IMG/VR virus record: IMGVR_UViG_2703719088_000001
Coordinates: 21,011 to 85,010 of that record
Strand: one strand, 5' to 3'
DNA: 64,000 nt
Source: a virus
Taxonomy: Duplodnaviria; Caudoviricetes
A program made the translations under genes and the position numbers. Below are positions 9,932-19,212 of this stretch, piece by piece. The number at the start of each line of letters is the position of its first letter. Within the stretch, counting starts at the first letter, position 1. Below the pieces are notes generated by a model that did no database searches, had not been told where the DNA came from, and worked only from the letters and a program-made list of their open reading frames with translations.

Positions 9932-10801
9932 ATGGCAGACAGCATCAAGATAACGCTCGACACAAGGAAATATAAAGCCCCAACGGAAGATGACATCCGT
10001 CAGGCCAAGCAGTATATCCTTGACCGCGAGGATTGCGCAATCGCCCTTGGCGAACGTATCGACGAAATCCTTTCCGATGCCGCCGTGCGTGTTGTCACCA
10101 TCTGCTACAAGTACGGTGTCGATCCGAAAGACCTTATCTTCTCCTACGCCTTTAACAAGGATATGATGGATGAGATAGAGGCTGTCATGGATGAGATAGA
10201 GGAGGAAATTTACGACCTCATCCTTGAATACGCCACACGCTCGACACGCGATAGGTCTATACTGCCACTCCTTGTGGCATGGATAATATCCCTTGGAAGG
10301 GGTAACAAGAACCTTCACGAAACCCTTGAAGGTTATCTATACAAAACGATGATGGATTGGGAGACGGCCATTGCCGCTATGATGTACATGGGTGTGCCGC
10401 TCTCAGATGCCGTTGTCAAAATCAGGATGTATCTCCATGACATCTATAGCATGCCGGAGGTGCTGACGGCCATGCGCCGCCGTCAGGATTTCTCGGCGAC
10501 ATACATCCGTATGGGCGGCGTACAGCAGGGTGCTGTTGGCATCTCAAACAACGGGTCGACGAATGTTGTCAACATGGGCAAGATAACCGTACAGATGGCA
10601 TGGATGAAGGCATATATGCAGGAGATGGACGACGATGACGAGATAGCGGGGTGGTATATCCTTCGTGGTAGCGACTACCAGTGCCGTTCGTGTGACGCGG
10701 TAGTGGGTTTCCACACCTTTGACGAAGGCATCACACTCATTCCCAGGCATCCGCATTGCAAATGCTATTGCGTGCCTATTTTAAAGAACCAAGTAGAATA
10801 A
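9932..10801 (+). CDS. minor head/morphogenesis protein (SPP1 gp7/MuF-like)
   Basis: C-terminal CRSCD...PRHPHCKCYCVP motif, after portal. Confidence 0.65.
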   Translation: MADSIKITLDTRKYKAPTEDDIRQAKQYILDREDCAIALGERIDEILSDAAVRVVTICYKYGVDPKDLIFSYAFNKDMMDEIEAVMDEIEEEIYDLILEYATRSTRDRSILPLLVAWIISLGRGNKNLHETLEGYLYKTMMDWETAIAAMMYMGVPLSDAVVKIRMYLHDIYSMPEVLTAMRRRQDFSATYIRMGGVQQGAVGISNNGSTNVVNMGKITVQMAWMKAYMQEMDDDDEIAGWYILRGSDYQCRSCDAVVGFHTFDEGITLIPRHPHCKCYCVPILKNQVE

Positions 10802-10805
10802 TAAT

Positions 10806-11339
10806 ATGGAACTGTCACAATCGAAGATGAACGAAGCCAAGCGGCTCGGTGCGCCGGTCAACTACCTTGTCATGGCCGACCTCATGGTATTAGGTTATAC
10901 GGAAAACGATGCGTATATCATCGCCTACCCGGAGAATGTTGTCCTTGACGCCCCTCGTAACAAGAGTATCAGGGAGAAGATCCTGTCATCGGCCAAGTTC
11001 AAGCAGGTCATGGACAAGCGTATGAAGAAGAGCGAGGACAGCGAGATAGCGAACTTCCTGTCCTCCACGGAAGAACTCATCGACAAGAAGGATACGGCGA
11101 AGCTTATCCTCACTGCCGCCCTCAAGCAGCCCAAGGACAGCAAGGAACGCATCGAGGGTCTGATGAAGTACTCGGATCTCATGGGATACAAGAAGGAGGA
11201 TACGGCTGGTGACGGCACGGAGGCTATTGAGTTTTTCCTGCCGTTGAAGTGCAACCGATGCCGTCTGCTCAAGGAGTACAATGAGAATGCGGCAAAGCCG
11301 GTGCGTCCTGTCGAGGCGGAGAAACTACTTGTGGATTAG
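10806..11339 (+). CDS. hypothetical protein, possibly terminase small subunit
   Basis: DAYIIAY resembles TerS N-terminal HTH region; C-terminal CxxC; last gene of the packaging operon. Confidence 0.35.
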   Translation: MELSQSKMNEAKRLGAPVNYLVMADLMVLGYTENDAYIIAYPENVVLDAPRNKSIREKILSSAKFKQVMDKRMKKSEDSEIANFLSSTEELIDKKDTAKLILTAALKQPKDSKERIEGLMKYSDLMGYKKEDTAGDGTEAIEFFLPLKCNRCRLLKEYNENAAKPVRPVEAEKLLVD

Positions 11340-11418
11340 TTAATAATCTGTAATTTTACACCAATGGTAGCGTGTGGTTTTGTCTGTTTAATATTTTTGC
11401 ATGACAAAAACATATGCT

Positions 11419-12213
11419 ATGAAACGGAAAAACATTATCTTGCTTTTATTGCTCCTTGTCTCATGCGACAAAGATATTGTGGTGACACACGAGTATGAAA
11501 ACCTGATGTTGTATGCCGGCACGGAGGAGGCTCTTGTCGGCAAGAACATCGACAAGACAGTGTGGACGAGCACCAACTACTGGACGGCGCATATCGAAGG
11601 CAGCACCTTGTATGCCGATCTTGTCGGATACACCGCCTTGTCATCGCCGGACTGTGAGAATAGTATCTACGTCGATGTCAAGCCCAACCGTAGGCTGGAC
11701 TCGTACAGCATGTGCTTCGGATATTCAAAGAGCGATGTGTGGAATTCTTTCTCCGAGGTGCGGACGTGCTCATCCGACAAGACGACTGTCACCGTATATG
11801 AGGGTTCGAAGTCAAATCCTAAGTTTATAACCACATATTTCTTTGAGGACGACAGGTGTGAGGCGATGGGCGTGTATTATGTCAATAGGTACTACAAATA
11901 CACGGATATCCTTGCCGCCGTGATGGAGCGTTATTATTACCTGTACAGCGAGCATAACAGCGACAGTAACCTTGTCGGGTATTTTGCCAAGCTGTCGGGT
12001 GACGGGATGCTACATGACGATATGAAATATTCGGCTTTCGAAGACCGGTACGCTTGGGTCGAGATGGTCGTTACGATCGGGGAACACGACACTGGCACAG
12101 CCGTGACATTTTATAATATCCAGAGCGACAAGCTGTTCAAGGATGCCAAGGCGAGGTCTCTGCCAGATGCCATCAGGTGTCTTCCACAGGTGGGATATCC
12201 AAGCAGGGAATAG
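11419..12213 (+). CDS. lipoprotein (moron-like)
   Basis: signal peptide MKRKNIILLLLLLVS-C with lipobox; more AT-rich context than neighbours. Confidence 0.7.
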   Translation: MKRKNIILLLLLLVSCDKDIVVTHEYENLMLYAGTEEALVGKNIDKTVWTSTNYWTAHIEGSTLYADLVGYTALSSPDCENSIYVDVKPNRRLDSYSMCFGYSKSDVWNSFSEVRTCSSDKTTVTVYEGSKSNPKFITTYFFEDDRCEAMGVYYVNRYYKYTDILAAVMERYYYLYSEHNSDSNLVGYFAKLSGDGMLHDDMKYSAFEDRYAWVEMVVTIGEHDTGTAVTFYNIQSDKLFKDAKARSLPDAIRCLPQVGYPSRE

Positions 12214-12228
12214 TGATAAAGCAACAAA

Positions 12229-12250
12229 GGCCGGGGTTTCCCGGCCTCTG
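12229..12250. terminator. GC-rich hairpin between convergent genes
   Basis: aggccgggg-ttt-cccggcct inverted repeat. Confidence 0.55.
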
Positions 12251-12266
12251 TCATTGGTAGGTGGTA

Positions 12267-12758
12267 CTATTCTTTTTCCATTATCTGTAGTGCCCTTTCG
12301 GTGCGCTCAGTGTCTTTGTCGTTGGTGAAGTCCTTCTGCAGCTTATCATATTCCTTATGCCAGGCTATGAGGGCTTTGACAACCTTGTTGACATCCTTCA
12401 TAAACGCCCTGTGGCCGCGTCCGCCAATACGTAGCAGCGACGGGTCGGCATAGGCGGTGTTGACCATCATCACCAGTTGCTGGTAGTATCCGTTTGGGAT
12501 GGTGCTGACGCACGACATATTGGTGAAGAACGTCATAAACATACTGCTGTCGCCGTCCTCGGCGTACTTGGCGTACATATCGGTCAGTATGGTGAACATA
12601 TCCGACCACTGCGGTATGCGCACCTGCCAGCTGCCGTCGGTGTTGGCCACAACAATCTGCTCGATACGCTCGCCGTCGATAGTGGTGGTCATCCTACGAA
12701 GGGAGAAGTTGCCAACCATAGTCTTTCCCATGAACGGGATGGTCTTGTCCTTTTCCAT
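12267..12758 (-). CDS. hypothetical protein
   Basis: 163 aa ORF with phage-like codon bias. Confidence 0.7.
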   Translation of the reverse strand: MEKDKTIPFMGKTMVGNFSLRRMTTTIDGERIEQIVVANTDGSWQVRIPQWSDMFTILTDMYAKYAEDGDSSMFMTFFTNMSCVSTIPNGYYQQLVMMVNTAYADPSLLRIGGRGHRAFMKDVNKVVKALIAWHKEYDKLQKDFTNDKDTERTERALQIMEKE

Positions 12759-12760
12759 GA

Positions 12761-13282
12761 CTACTTACTGGTGTTCCTTGTTCGAGGTTTGCGTGGGGTC
12801 TTTTTCTCGACCTTGGCAGGGGCTTTATCTCCGGCAGGTTCTTCAGCACCGGCGGCGGCTTCGTTCTCCTGAGAGTCGTTCTCATCATCTTCGTCATTGT
12901 CATCTTCGTCATTGTCACCGCCGTCTTCGTCCTGAGGTTCGCCCTGATGTTCGCCCTGATGTTCACCCTGACCGACATTCTCTTCGTTGTTTTCCTGGCC
13001 TTCGTTGTCTACAGTCGTATTTTCGGGTTCTGCCGCGCTGTTCTCCTCGGCGGCGGCTTCGTTCTCCTTCTCAACATCCTTCTCGGCCTCATTCTCTGCT
13101 TCCTGCAGTTTCTTTTTGCGATCCTCCTGCTCCTTGATGACACGCTCCCTGTTCTTGGCGAAGCGTTCACGCATTTCAGACAGGCGTTCTACGCCCGGTT
13201 TAGCGTTTTTCTTCTTGGCGACGGTCTTCATGCCGGTGTCGCTCCATGCCTTTTTCTGGCTTCCTACTTTGATCTGTCCCAT
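12761..13282 (-). CDS. hypothetical highly acidic low-complexity protein
   Basis: basic termini, E/D/N-rich core with short tandem repeats (GEHQ x2-3, DEDDN x2). Confidence 0.7.
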   Translation of the reverse strand: MGQIKVGSQKKAWSDTGMKTVAKKKNAKPGVERLSEMRERFAKNRERVIKEQEDRKKKLQEAENEAEKDVEKENEAAAEENSAAEPENTTVDNEGQENNEENVGQGEHQGEHQGEPQDEDGGDNDEDDNDEDDENDSQENEAAAGAEEPAGDKAPAKVEKKTPRKPRTRNTSK

Positions 13283-13308
13283 AGCTTTTTGTTTAGTTGT
13301 TAAATAGG

Positions 13309-13545
13309 TTAGTTGATGTCATTGTGGCGGTCTTCCTCGTTGCGGATGAAGACATTGACTTCTTCGAAGCCGGTGTTGTTCACGACCCATTCGACGCCTG
13401 TGACGTTCCATAGGGGCGATGTGCCGTGGCCGTCGGTGTAGATTTCATCCATGTCTGTGACGGTGATGAAGTCACCGATGCGCGGGACGAACGGCAGTTC
13501 GACGGTCGTTTCCTTGAGTTGTCTGGTGATTAAATTTACCTTCAT
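13309..13545 (-). CDS. hypothetical protein
   Basis: 78 aa; leader TAACCCTTAAAAAC. Confidence 0.7.
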   Translation of the reverse strand: MKVNLITRQLKETTVELPFVPRIGDFITVTDMDEIYTDGHGTSPLWNVTGVEWVVNNTGFEEVNVFIRNEEDRHNDIN

Positions 13546-13563
13546 ATCGTTTGTTTTTAAGGG

Positions 13564-13740
13564 TTAGAAATTGATGAACGCCTCGACATCGAGATAGTCG
13601 ATGCCGAAGGCTTCGGCGCAGCGTCTGTCGCTGTCTCCGAAGTCGCCGCCCTTGCCGCTGGCGTCGCCTATCATAAGCATATTGGCCTTGTCCCTGAGGT
13701 CGCTGTCGGCAAAGAGCAGTAGTTTGTTGTTTATATTCAT
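13564..13740 (-). pseudogene. internally deleted HAD-IIIA/polynucleotide 3'-phosphatase-like mini ORF (58 aa)
   Basis: LLLFADSD (motif I-like) joined directly to MIGDASGK..DFGDSDRRCAEAFGIDYLDV (motif IV region); ATGA overlap with the helicase stop. Confidence 0.55.
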
Positions 13741-15185
13741 AATGTCAAAGCGTTTGTGACGTTCTTGTCTGTGAAGATGCCGTAAATGTACCCGATGCTG
13801 GAGCGTTTGCGGTTGCCGCCGTTCCAGTGCCACCCCAGGCGTGACATCTCGCTGCCGAAGCGTCGCTGTGACACCGGCTCCTGGAGTTCCTTCTCGCAGA
13901 AGGACACGTACTCCTCGTACAGGGCTTGCGCCTGCACCCACTGCGGCTTGTCCTCCCAGTGGCCGCTACGCCTGTCGCAGCGGTAGCCCCTGCGTGAGAG
14001 GAACACCTGCACGCTCTGGCCGTTCTCAAGCATATAGTCCTCCATCTCCTCAGTGTCGTTCGTCAGGTCGAAGCGGTAGCCGTCGCTGACCAGCCTACGG
14101 TAGCCTTCGATCATCCAGTTGCGTATGCCCGGCAACTCGGACATCAACTCCGACGACAGCTCGCGGTTCATATCTGATGCCGTGACGGACGTGCGGAAGG
14201 GAACAAACAGCAGCCTTCTCACCAAAGCCCTATCCATGTTCCTGTCCGACGGGCGGCGGTTCATGTTGAACACCAGAAATGGTATGTCAGTGGCTGTCTC
14301 CGGATTGCACCCCAGACGACGTACTGTCTGAGGCTCACCTGAACACAGGCTCTTGAACGTGTCGCTGAAACGTGATATATCGTCGCTCTGTATCTCCGAG
14401 CAGTAGTTGAACACCTTGCCTACGATGCTGCCGATGAATCGCGCCCGAACGTCGGATGAACCGCATAGCAACGAATCCAATGCCACGTAGGAGATGTTGT
14501 CATGGCCGTATACGGCTCGCACGACATCAAATATCGTGCTCTTGCCATTCGCTCCGCCGCCTATCAACCACAACGTCTCCTCTATCTTATGACTCATCGT
14601 GCGACGGTCTACACATCCAAGACCAAAGAACTTCTGCAACTTCATGATATCACCTTTCGGCAACACACTCTGCAAGAACGACTGCCATCTCGGACACACC
14701 GCATGTTCGTCATACTCGTATGGCAACAGACTCGTTACAGGCATCCTATCGGAAAACGTGTGGTACACCGGATGGTCTATGTCACTGAAATCCCACACAC
14801 CATTGCTGAAACCAACAATATTCGCAGATAACTTCAACGGTGACATCGTAGCACCACCCTTCGCACTGTACAGTATCTTCGCCCTGCCGTTCACCATGTC
14901 ACCAGGCGGCACTCCACACTTCACCATAGCCTTGTTTACAGCACTCTCCAACACAATGTCCTCAACAGGACACCATACACGTCCATCGTGCCTATACACC
15001 TGACCACCGTACCACCGGAACGCCTCCGCACATGCACGCATGACCACATCTTGATAACCGTACAAACGCTCACCAAAACGAGCCTGCTGATATGCAGTTC
15101 GTACATCACGTTTATTGAGACTCCTAACTATCTCATTACTAAGCGTCTCTATAACTTCCATGCACGTTTTTCCCGGTTTTACCAT
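13737..15185 (-). CDS. P4/D5-family SF3 helicase (phage/plasmid primase-associated, C-terminal ATPase)
   Basis: Walker A GGGANGKST, NYCSEI, FKSLCSGE, RRLLFVPF, RRFGSEM winged-helix end; no obvious primase domain. Confidence 0.85.
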   Translation of the reverse strand: MVKPGKTCMEVIETLSNEIVRSLNKRDVRTAYQQARFGERLYGYQDVVMRACAEAFRWYGGQVYRHDGRVWCPVEDIVLESAVNKAMVKCGVPPGDMVNGRAKILYSAKGGATMSPLKLSANIVGFSNGVWDFSDIDHPVYHTFSDRMPVTSLLPYEYDEHAVCPRWQSFLQSVLPKGDIMKLQKFFGLGCVDRRTMSHKIEETLWLIGGGANGKSTIFDVVRAVYGHDNISYVALDSLLCGSSDVRARFIGSIVGKVFNYCSEIQSDDISRFSDTFKSLCSGEPQTVRRLGCNPETATDIPFLVFNMNRRPSDRNMDRALVRRLLFVPFRTSVTASDMNRELSSELMSELPGIRNWMIEGYRRLVSDGYRFDLTNDTEEMEDYMLENGQSVQVFLSRRGYRCDRRSGHWEDKPQWVQAQALYEEYVSFCEKELQEPVSQRRFGSEMSRLGWHWNGGNRKRSSIGYIYGIFTDKNVTNALTL

Positions 15186-15265
15186 AGTTCTAAATAAGAA
15201 TAATATAAACCCAAGTTCCCTACGTCAAGAATTTTGTTCATTTACTACACAAGGTACACTAACCG

Positions 15266-15273
15266 CAAAGTTA
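15266..15273 (-). promoter_or_regulatory. -7 element TAACTTTG upstream of the helicase
   Basis: exact TAnnTTTG match on the minus strand, 81 nt upstream of ATG 15185. Confidence 0.45.
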
Positions 15274-15832
15274 TGGACTATATATCAGCATAATACACCT
15301 ATCACTGGAAATCTGACCCTTGATACACTAACACCACCTTTATGCACCATTTTCAGAATTTTAACCCCAAAATCCTCCATTTTCTACTCTTTGTTTATGA
15401 TTTTTTAACATTGCACCAAATAGCACCAAAACGCCCACCAACAACAGCCTGTGTACGATTTTTACCCAAAACCAAAAATCACGACTTTCTCTCTTCTTTT
15501 TTTTATTTTTCTTCTACTCTTCCCAAAAACCATTCCTATAACCCCTTTTTCATACACCTACGCATAACGTTCATTCAATTCAAACCATTCGATGTTTCCT
15601 ATCTAACACCTTTGAAAAGCCCGTTGGAATATCATCATATCGACTCCAATAAGATGATTATCCCTCTATCATGAATGTCGTTGAAAAATCATCTTTCATC
15701 ATACATCTGATGTAATATCAGTCATACAGTGGAGTAGAAAGTCTCTTCACACGTCTGAAAACGTAAAATTCAAAAATTAAAAAATGAAAAATCTCGACGT
15801 AAGGTCATGGTATGGAACCGGTACATATAAAA

Positions 15833-15848
15833 AGGGGGTGCACCCCCT
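15833..15848. repeat. perfect 16-bp palindrome AGGGGGTGCACCCCCT
   Basis: direct reading; followed by CTGTTAAAAT at 15847, 15857 and 15954. Confidence 0.9.
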
Positions 15849-16218
15849 GTTAAAATCTGTTAAAATGATACATTATATTAATAATCAATCAGTTACATAG
15901 AAATGTTTAAAGTACTTGCTTTATCAAATAGCCACAAAGTCACTGAAATACAACTGTTAAAATGTAAACATCTATTAACAATTCAAATCCGCCAAAATGA
16001 CAAATATTTGCACCCCTATTTGTCAGATTACCTCTATAAACTAAATAATCATTAACACTTCAAGCCCTGATTTAACTACATTGATAGCCGAATCCGGTTA
16101 AAAAACCCTAACAATTTAACACTAATAAAGTATCCCCGCTTTAGTAATACAATATAAAGTATTATCTTAGCTATTGAAATATGATAGTATATTTCACAAT
16201 TTAAATTTATTAACAATT

Positions 16219-16986
16219 ATGACAGACAAGAAACAAAAAGCCGCCGCCGCCGTCAATGCGGCTGCTTTGGCTGCTTCTGTTGAAATTGCAGAAGTACAGA
16301 AAGAAATGACAACCAGACCCGAAACGGGCAAAGGAAACGACAAAGGCGAAAAAGAAACCGCTAACAAGGGCCGGACGAAATCCGAAATTTTCGGAGATGT
16401 AGAAAAAATGTTTTGTTCCGCTTTCAATCCTGCAGACCTCAAAAAATTGCAAGCCCTGAAAGACAGCGGATTAATAGACGAAACAACTTTTTCCGCTATC
16501 CTTGAAACAAAAGGTATTGTAAACCTTGAAGAGGAAATCAACAAAGGAACAAAAGAAATGACTTTTGCCGCTTTTGTTGAAACCTTAAAAGGAAATGAAG
16601 TCTTATACAATGAAGTTTTGTCTTCTTTAGGTATAGAAGAAACGGACTTTATCGAAGACAGATTTAAAACAAACGGCGTTTTCGGTTTTTATTCTACCAT
16701 GACCCCAGAAGACTACGAAAAAACCGAAGACAAAACAGGGATTCAGAATATCGGTAATAACTATTTTCGTCTCGTTACATGCGAAAGTAACGCAATAGGT
16801 ATTCTAAAAAGTATCAGATATTCCACTACATTATTAGACGCAAAGCAAGCCGAAGCAAAACGTAAAATAAAAGCGAAGCGAAGCGAAGCCGATAAAATTG
16901 GCGAAATGATTGCAAATCTTTTATTTGAAAAAAACAGCCGCGAAGAGTGGAAACAAGTACTAACTAATTTTGCCGCTGGTTTCTAA
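16219..16986 (+). CDS. hypothetical protein (first gene of the rightward AT-rich block)
   Basis: 255 aa from attATG; Ala-rich N-terminus. Confidence 0.75.
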   Translation: MTDKKQKAAAAVNAAALAASVEIAEVQKEMTTRPETGKGNDKGEKETANKGRTKSEIFGDVEKMFCSAFNPADLKKLQALKDSGLIDETTFSAILETKGIVNLEEEINKGTKEMTFAAFVETLKGNEVLYNEVLSSLGIEETDFIEDRFKTNGVFGFYSTMTPEDYEKTEDKTGIQNIGNNYFRLVTCESNAIGILKSIRYSTTLLDAKQAEAKRKIKAKRSEADKIGEMIANLLFEKNSREEWKQVLTNFAAGF

Positions 16987-17002
16987 ACTAAACCAGACCC
17001 AC

Positions 17003-17031
17003 AAAAGGCCGCCAATTTGACGGCCTTTTTT
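17003..17031 (+). terminator. bidirectional intrinsic terminator
   Basis: aaaaggccg-ccaatttga-cggcctttttt. Confidence 0.8.
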
Positions 17032-17033
17032 AA

Positions 17034-17085
17034 TGCCCTTTTGGAAACGGACTTGATCCGGCTGGGTTCAACTCCCAGGGGGCAA
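17034..17085 (+). ncRNA. D-armless tRNA-like element
   Basis: acceptor-like TGCCCTT/GGGGGCA, arm CGGA-CTTGA-TCCG, T-arm TGGG-TTCAACT-CCCA. Confidence 0.45.
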
Positions 17086-17494
17086 CAAAAATGATCTTTG
17101 AAATAATTAGACCACACGACAAGAACAGACAGCCATGAAGATCCTGCGATGATATTTCCATTGAATTATCGGGGGAATGTAGCGGGAAAATTATTTGCGG
17201 TTTCGGCTGCGATAATTTCTGACAGAGTGAATAACTGCTGCGAGGAAACATTTGCGAGAACTATTCCAAGCGGCAAGGCTGATAATTCTGTTTCTTTCGT
17301 CCCATGTTCAGAAAGACGTGGGTTAATATCCAAGGGATATTTTAGATGTGAGTGGTGAGAAAAAGTCCATAATTGAATTTAGGGTTTTTATTGGGTTGGG
17401 CAGTACTTGTACGGCCTGGCCTATCATGGACGGGGAACTTGAAAAATAGTTTCCCGTTCTCAAAACATTTGTTTCACCATTAAATTTTACGATT

Positions 17495-17608
17495 ATGAGC
17501 AAAGAACGATTTGAAGAACTTGTGAATTCCTGCGGTATTGAGGTAGGAATTGAGATGTATTGCAGTGAAGAATCATTTGAAGAACTTGATTACGATGATT
17601 TCTGCTGA
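17495..17608 (+). CDS. small acidic peptide (37 aa)
   Basis: starts at the cassette leader ATG; MSKERFEELVNSCGIEVGIEMYCSEESFEELDYDDFC; below the ORF track cutoff. Confidence 0.5.
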   Translation: MSKERFEELVNSCGIEVGIEMYCSEESFEELDYDDFC

Positions 17609-18035
17609 ACAATACAAACAGATTGAGATCGAGGCCATGGCGGAAAATATTCCCGTATGGGGGTTGAAAGATTTTGTCCGCCATCGCCTTGAACTCTCTG
17701 AGAAACCTGCGGCTGAAAAACCGAAGGTTTACACAAATCCTGCGCAGAATAAAATGACAGCCTACGGGCAGAAAATTGCGTGGGAGAAAATAATGGCCGT
17801 CCCTGTAAAGGAACGGGTGGTAAAAGTCTGCCGCTGCACATTCATAGAATTGCAGGGCAGGGCAAAGAGAGGTTTTCAAAACCCTGAGCAGCGGCAGGAT
17901 TTTCTCCTTGATAGGGAGCGGTTTTTCCTGCGGCTGAAAGAGCGGATGAAAACGCTGAAAATCTCCAAAGAGGACATGATCTCCTGCGGCCTTTCGTGGG
18001 ATGATGTCAAGTCCTTCGCCTACCGGGAATTCTGA
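17595..18035 (+). CDS. hypothetical protein
   Basis: ORF 17550..18035, likely start 17595. Confidence 0.6.
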   Translation: MISAEQYKQIEIEAMAENIPVWGLKDFVRHRLELSEKPAAEKPKVYTNPAQNKMTAYGQKIAWEKIMAVPVKERVVKVCRCTFIELQGRAKRGFQNPEQRQDFLLDRERFFLRLKERMKTLKISKEDMISCGLSWDDVKSFAYREF

Positions 18036-18076
18036 TATTCCCGGCAGGACATTATTAACCCCTAAAAATTACGATT

Positions 18077-18307
18077 ATGACACAAAAAATCAGAGGAATT
18101 AGGTTTCATAGCCCTGCTCCTACGAAATTGGAATTTGTATGCGTATTGGTTTATATTCTCAGCCGGAAGAAAATTCTCCTGCGCCCTGCAAGGGAATATG
18201 CATTCCGAAGACGCGAAAAATGGCTTGGCCATTGTTGTCTGATTCAGAAGGAACTCGACATATCTCATAAGACAAAATTCTATTGGGATATTCCAAATGT
18301 TTACTGA
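18077..18307 (+). CDS. hypothetical protein
   Basis: cassette leader TATTAACCCTAAAAATTACGATTATG. Confidence 0.45.
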   Translation: MTQKIRGIRFHSPAPTKLEFVCVLVYILSRKKILLRPAREYAFRRREKWLGHCCLIQKELDISHKTKFYWDIPNVY

Positions 18308-18311
18308 TATC

Positions 18312-18457
18312 AGTACGATAATTCTCAAAGTACGAAAAATCAAGCAAGTACGATAAATCATTAAAGTACTACTTTAATAGAAGTACGATAAATAATTATC
18401 TTGCAGGATTTTAGTACGATTATTCCCGTCAGAGCGATTTCTGTCGGGAGTACGATT
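18312..18457 (+). repeat. cluster of 7 AGTAC(G)A motifs
   Basis: copies at 18312, 18329, 18347, 18365, 18382, 18413 and 18449. Confidence 0.85.
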
Positions 18458-18480
18458 ATTAACCCCTAAAATTTATTCTT

Positions 18481-18807
18481 ATGGAAATCTACAAGACTAC
18501 AATCAAAGGATGTGAGGTGAACATGATTTTCACCGGAAAGAATTATTTCTTCCACAATTCCTTTTATGGCTGGCTGGCTATCGCAGAACGGCAGGAAGGC
18601 CACTACGATAAACCGCAGAAATTTGTTCTGTACATCGGAAACCGCCATACACTTGATGGAACGATGACAAATTCTGTTGTTGCTGCAGCAGTACGGAAAT
18701 TCATCAGAAAATGTGAGAACAAGTTCGTTGAAACATCATGCGAATTTGTAGAAGAGGAAAAAGATTTGGCAGACGCTTATGTCAAGGTCAGCTACAAACT
18801 ACTCTGA
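18481..18807 (+). CDS. hypothetical cassette protein
   Basis: ORF after the conserved leader. Confidence 0.7.
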   Translation: MEIYKTTIKGCEVNMIFTGKNYFFHNSFYGWLAIAERQEGHYDKPQKFVLYIGNRHTLDGTMTNSVVAAAVRKFIRKCENKFVETSCEFVEEEKDLADAYVKVSYKLL

Positions 18808-18867
18808 AAGCTAAGGGAGTTTGCAAGAACTCCCGTAGTACGATTATTCACCCTAAAAGAAACGATT

Positions 18868-19155
18868 ATGAGAAAAATTGATGTCCTTATTTGGGGAATG
18901 AAGCACATTGCGAAAAACCATTCCCTTGAAGCCTCCACGAATTTGTCCGAAGGCGGTGTCTGTATCTTTGGCGGAAATTCCGTGCCGCTGACTGCCGATG
19001 TCGGATTTCTCTGCGAAGACCTGGGAATTCCGAGGATGTTTGTTGAAGGTTGCTCTTTCGGCATTGACGTGTTCCTGCCGGAGAATTTTGACCGCAACGC
19101 AGAATTCCGTGGGGATATGATGTGGAAACGGGCGGATGTCGCGCTCGGTATCTGA
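18868..19155 (+). CDS. hypothetical cassette protein
   Basis: ORF after the conserved leader. Confidence 0.7.
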   Translation: MRKIDVLIWGMKHIAKNHSLEASTNLSEGGVCIFGGNSVPLTADVGFLCEDLGIPRMFVEGCSFGIDVFLPENFDRNAEFRGDMMWKRADVALGI

Positions 19156-19212
19156 GAAATTCCTGCGGAAATGAATTCCGCAGGAGTACGATAAATCCCA
19201 AAACAAACAATT

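Noticed and set aside
12880-12970. 15-bp and 12-bp tandem repeats
   Set aside because: They are in-frame low-complexity coding repeats in an acidic protein, with no sign of a regulatory role.
13564-13941. 125-aa ORF as called in the track
   Set aside because: Its first 67 codons overlap the helicase in another frame and are not protein-like; only the last 58 aa from ATG 13740 are credible.
18312-18457. Mini CRISPR array
   Set aside because: The 8-9-nt repeats with 9-nt spacers are far too short, and there is no leader or cas gene.
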